DNA from: an uncultured Alphaproteobacteria bacterium
Lineage (GTDB): Bacteria; Pseudomonadota; Alphaproteobacteria; RF32; CAG-239
Direction: 5' to 3'
DNA: 35,583 bases
NCBI GenBank assembly: GCA_900551585.1
Contig: URWU01000001.1
Coordinates: 1-35,583 of the forward strand
Shown here piece after piece: positions 34,066-35,583 of the stretch; the stretch's first letter is position 1, and each line of letters starts with the position of its first letter. The notes under the pieces are model-generated. The model saw nothing but the letters and a program-made list of their open reading frames with translations. It had not been told where the DNA came from and ran no database searches. Both the position numbers and the translations under genes were made by a program.

Positions 34066-35469
34066 TTAGAACAGTTTCAAGACCGACTGGGCTGCCTGAG
34101 AAGCCAAACTCAAAGAGTTAATAGCCAGTTGCTGTCTGGTCTGCAGAGCCAGCATATTTGCCGATTCTTCGTTCATATCAGCCAAAGTCAGCTTATCGGC
34201 ACCTTCAGTCAAGACGTTAATCAGGTTATCGGTGAAGTTCTCACGGCTTTGAACAACTGAGTAGTTGTTACCAAAGTCAGATGCCATGGTGCGTAGTTTG
34301 GAAATTGCGCCTTCAATATTGTTGATTGAGGTTTCAATGTTGCTGTCTTTCTGCCAAGCATTCTGAGCCTGAGAAATACCCAAGCCTTTGGAAGATGCAT
34401 CAACACCGGTGATTTCAATCATTGAAGAACGGTCTTCGTTGAAAATAACTTTCAAGTTATTTTCCTGCAACAGGTTAACACCTTTATAACCGGCGTCCTG
34501 AGCCAGAGAATCGATTTGTTCCAAAATTTCGTTAAACTGTTTGGAATAGCTGGAACGTTCCAAGCTTTCGGCGCTGGAATCACCGGCTTTACGAGAACCG
34601 GCGATATTCAAATCGCGAAGGGCATTATCACTGGCAGTGGTACCATCACTGAAAATGGTAAATTGTTTATTGGTCGCGCTGACAGAGAAAGTTTTTCCGT
34701 CAGGTGTTGCGGTAATAGCCATTGCCGGAGCTGTCTGAGCAATACGGTTGATTTCAGCAGCAATTGTTGCCGAGTTAGCACCGGTATTAGCAGACGCCAA
34801 AGTTACAACGCGGGCAGCAGTTGTCGAATCAGCCAGACCGTCAGTTCCGTCATTAACCCAAGAAACGGAAGAGTTATCTGTTGTGGAAACGTTAATATTA
34901 CCGGTTCCGTCACCTTTGGCGTTCAAGCCCATGCCCTGCAGCTGGTTAACGGCATTTGCCTCAACCTCGGCAGCATTTGTACCGGCAAGAGTTAATTCTT
35001 TTTTGGTTCCGTCAGCAAGATATACCGTAAACTTTTTAGTAGCATCACCAGCTTCTACTTTCAAAGTAAAAGTGCTCAAATCATTGCGGGCATCCATAAT
35101 AAAAGTACCGTCGATGGGGTCTGTAACTTCATTGGATGAAATGGCATATTTATCAAAGTTACTGGGAATATCTCGAGCGGAGTTGGCAATCGCTTTAGCT
35201 TGTTCAGCAAAAGAAGTAATTGTTTTAATCGCTTCATCAGCAGCTTTAATCGTCTGAATCCCCTGACCCATGCTGTCCAGCAATGAGTTTAAGTCATTCG
35301 CGCGGTTATTCAGAGACTGTGCGGTGTAATAAGAAGAAGGGTTATCGATTGCCGAGTTGACCTTCTTTCCGGTTGATAAACGTTCCTGGGTCATATCCAT
35401 TAAGCTTTGCGTATTCTGCAAAGACAATAAGTTGGAACGCATGCTTGCTGTAAGTGATATATCTGCCAT
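34066..35469 (-). CDS. fliC: flagellin (paralogue 3, 467 aa)
   Basis: Same architecture as paralogues 1 and 2. ATG at 35469 gives MADISLTAS.... The track start 35499 is an over-extension. Confidence 0.92.
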   Translation of the reverse strand: MADISLTASMRSNLLSLQNTQSLMDMTQERLSTGKKVNSAIDNPSSYYTAQSLNNRANDLNSLLDSMGQGIQTIKAADEAIKTITSFAEQAKAIANSARDIPSNFDKYAISSNEVTDPIDGTFIMDARNDLSTFTLKVEAGDATKKFTVYLADGTKKELTLAGTNAAEVEANAVNQLQGMGLNAKGDGTGNINVSTTDNSSVSWVNDGTDGLADSTTAARVVTLASANTGANSATIAAEINRIAQTAPAMAITATPDGKTFSVSATNKQFTIFSDGTTASDNALRDLNIAGSRKAGDSSAESLERSSYSKQFNEILEQIDSLAQDAGYKGVNLLQENNLKVIFNEDRSSMIEITGVDASSKGLGISQAQNAWQKDSNIETSINNIEGAISKLRTMASDFGNNYSVVQSRENFTDNLINVLTEGADKLTLADMNEESANMLALQTRQQLAINSLSLASQAAQSVLKLF

Positions 35470-35583
35470 TTCTTTCTCTTCCCCAATACTGTGGAACACA
35501 CACCTGCAACTTTTTACTTTTGGGCAGGTTTTAAGTTATAAACTTTTGAGCCTTTATATTTATTTGCAAGTCCGGCTCTGAAC

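Overview
35.6-kb chromosomal window from a diderm (Gram-negative) bacterium. mlaA/mlaC, an RND pump, lipoboxes and SD-led genes support this. Housekeeping genes are about 50% G+C by my spot counts. The flagellin termini (ending ...SILSLF / ...VLKLF) and a sigma54-type hook promoter resemble alphaproteobacterial flagellar genes, but the taxonomy is only an inference. Gene order, left to right: partial RND efflux permease with its periplasmic adaptor (-); a 665-aa flagellin-family protein with a large central insertion (+); alpha/beta hydrolase (-); GT4 glycosyltransferase (+); thrS (+); small DUF2934-like protein (+); five-gene branched-chain-amino-acid-type ABC importer (-); tRNA-Phe(GAA) (+); small ORF (+); iron-type alcohol dehydrogenase (+); REP-like repeats; 713-aa ORFan (-); orphan flgE with a consensus sigma54 promoter (-); accB-accC (+); an AT-rich two-gene block of unknown function (+); mlaC-mlaA (-); metallophosphoesterase (+); DegT-family aminotransferase (+); a two-gene operon encoding a 610-aa unknown protein and a secreted Sel1-repeat protein (-); three tandem flagellin paralogues (-). 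I found no rRNA, CRISPR array, cas gene, transposase, integrase or obvious prophage gene. The best novelty candidates are (1) the 610-aa protein, which carries a RelA/SpoT-like motif series and is coupled to the exported Sel1-repeat protein; (2) the giant flagellin-family protein, whose insertion looks like a parallel beta-helix domain; (3) the 713-aa ORFan next to flgE; and (4) a small hairpin repeat family that shows a compensatory stem change. All homology statements come from reading the translated ORFs by eye; no searches were run.
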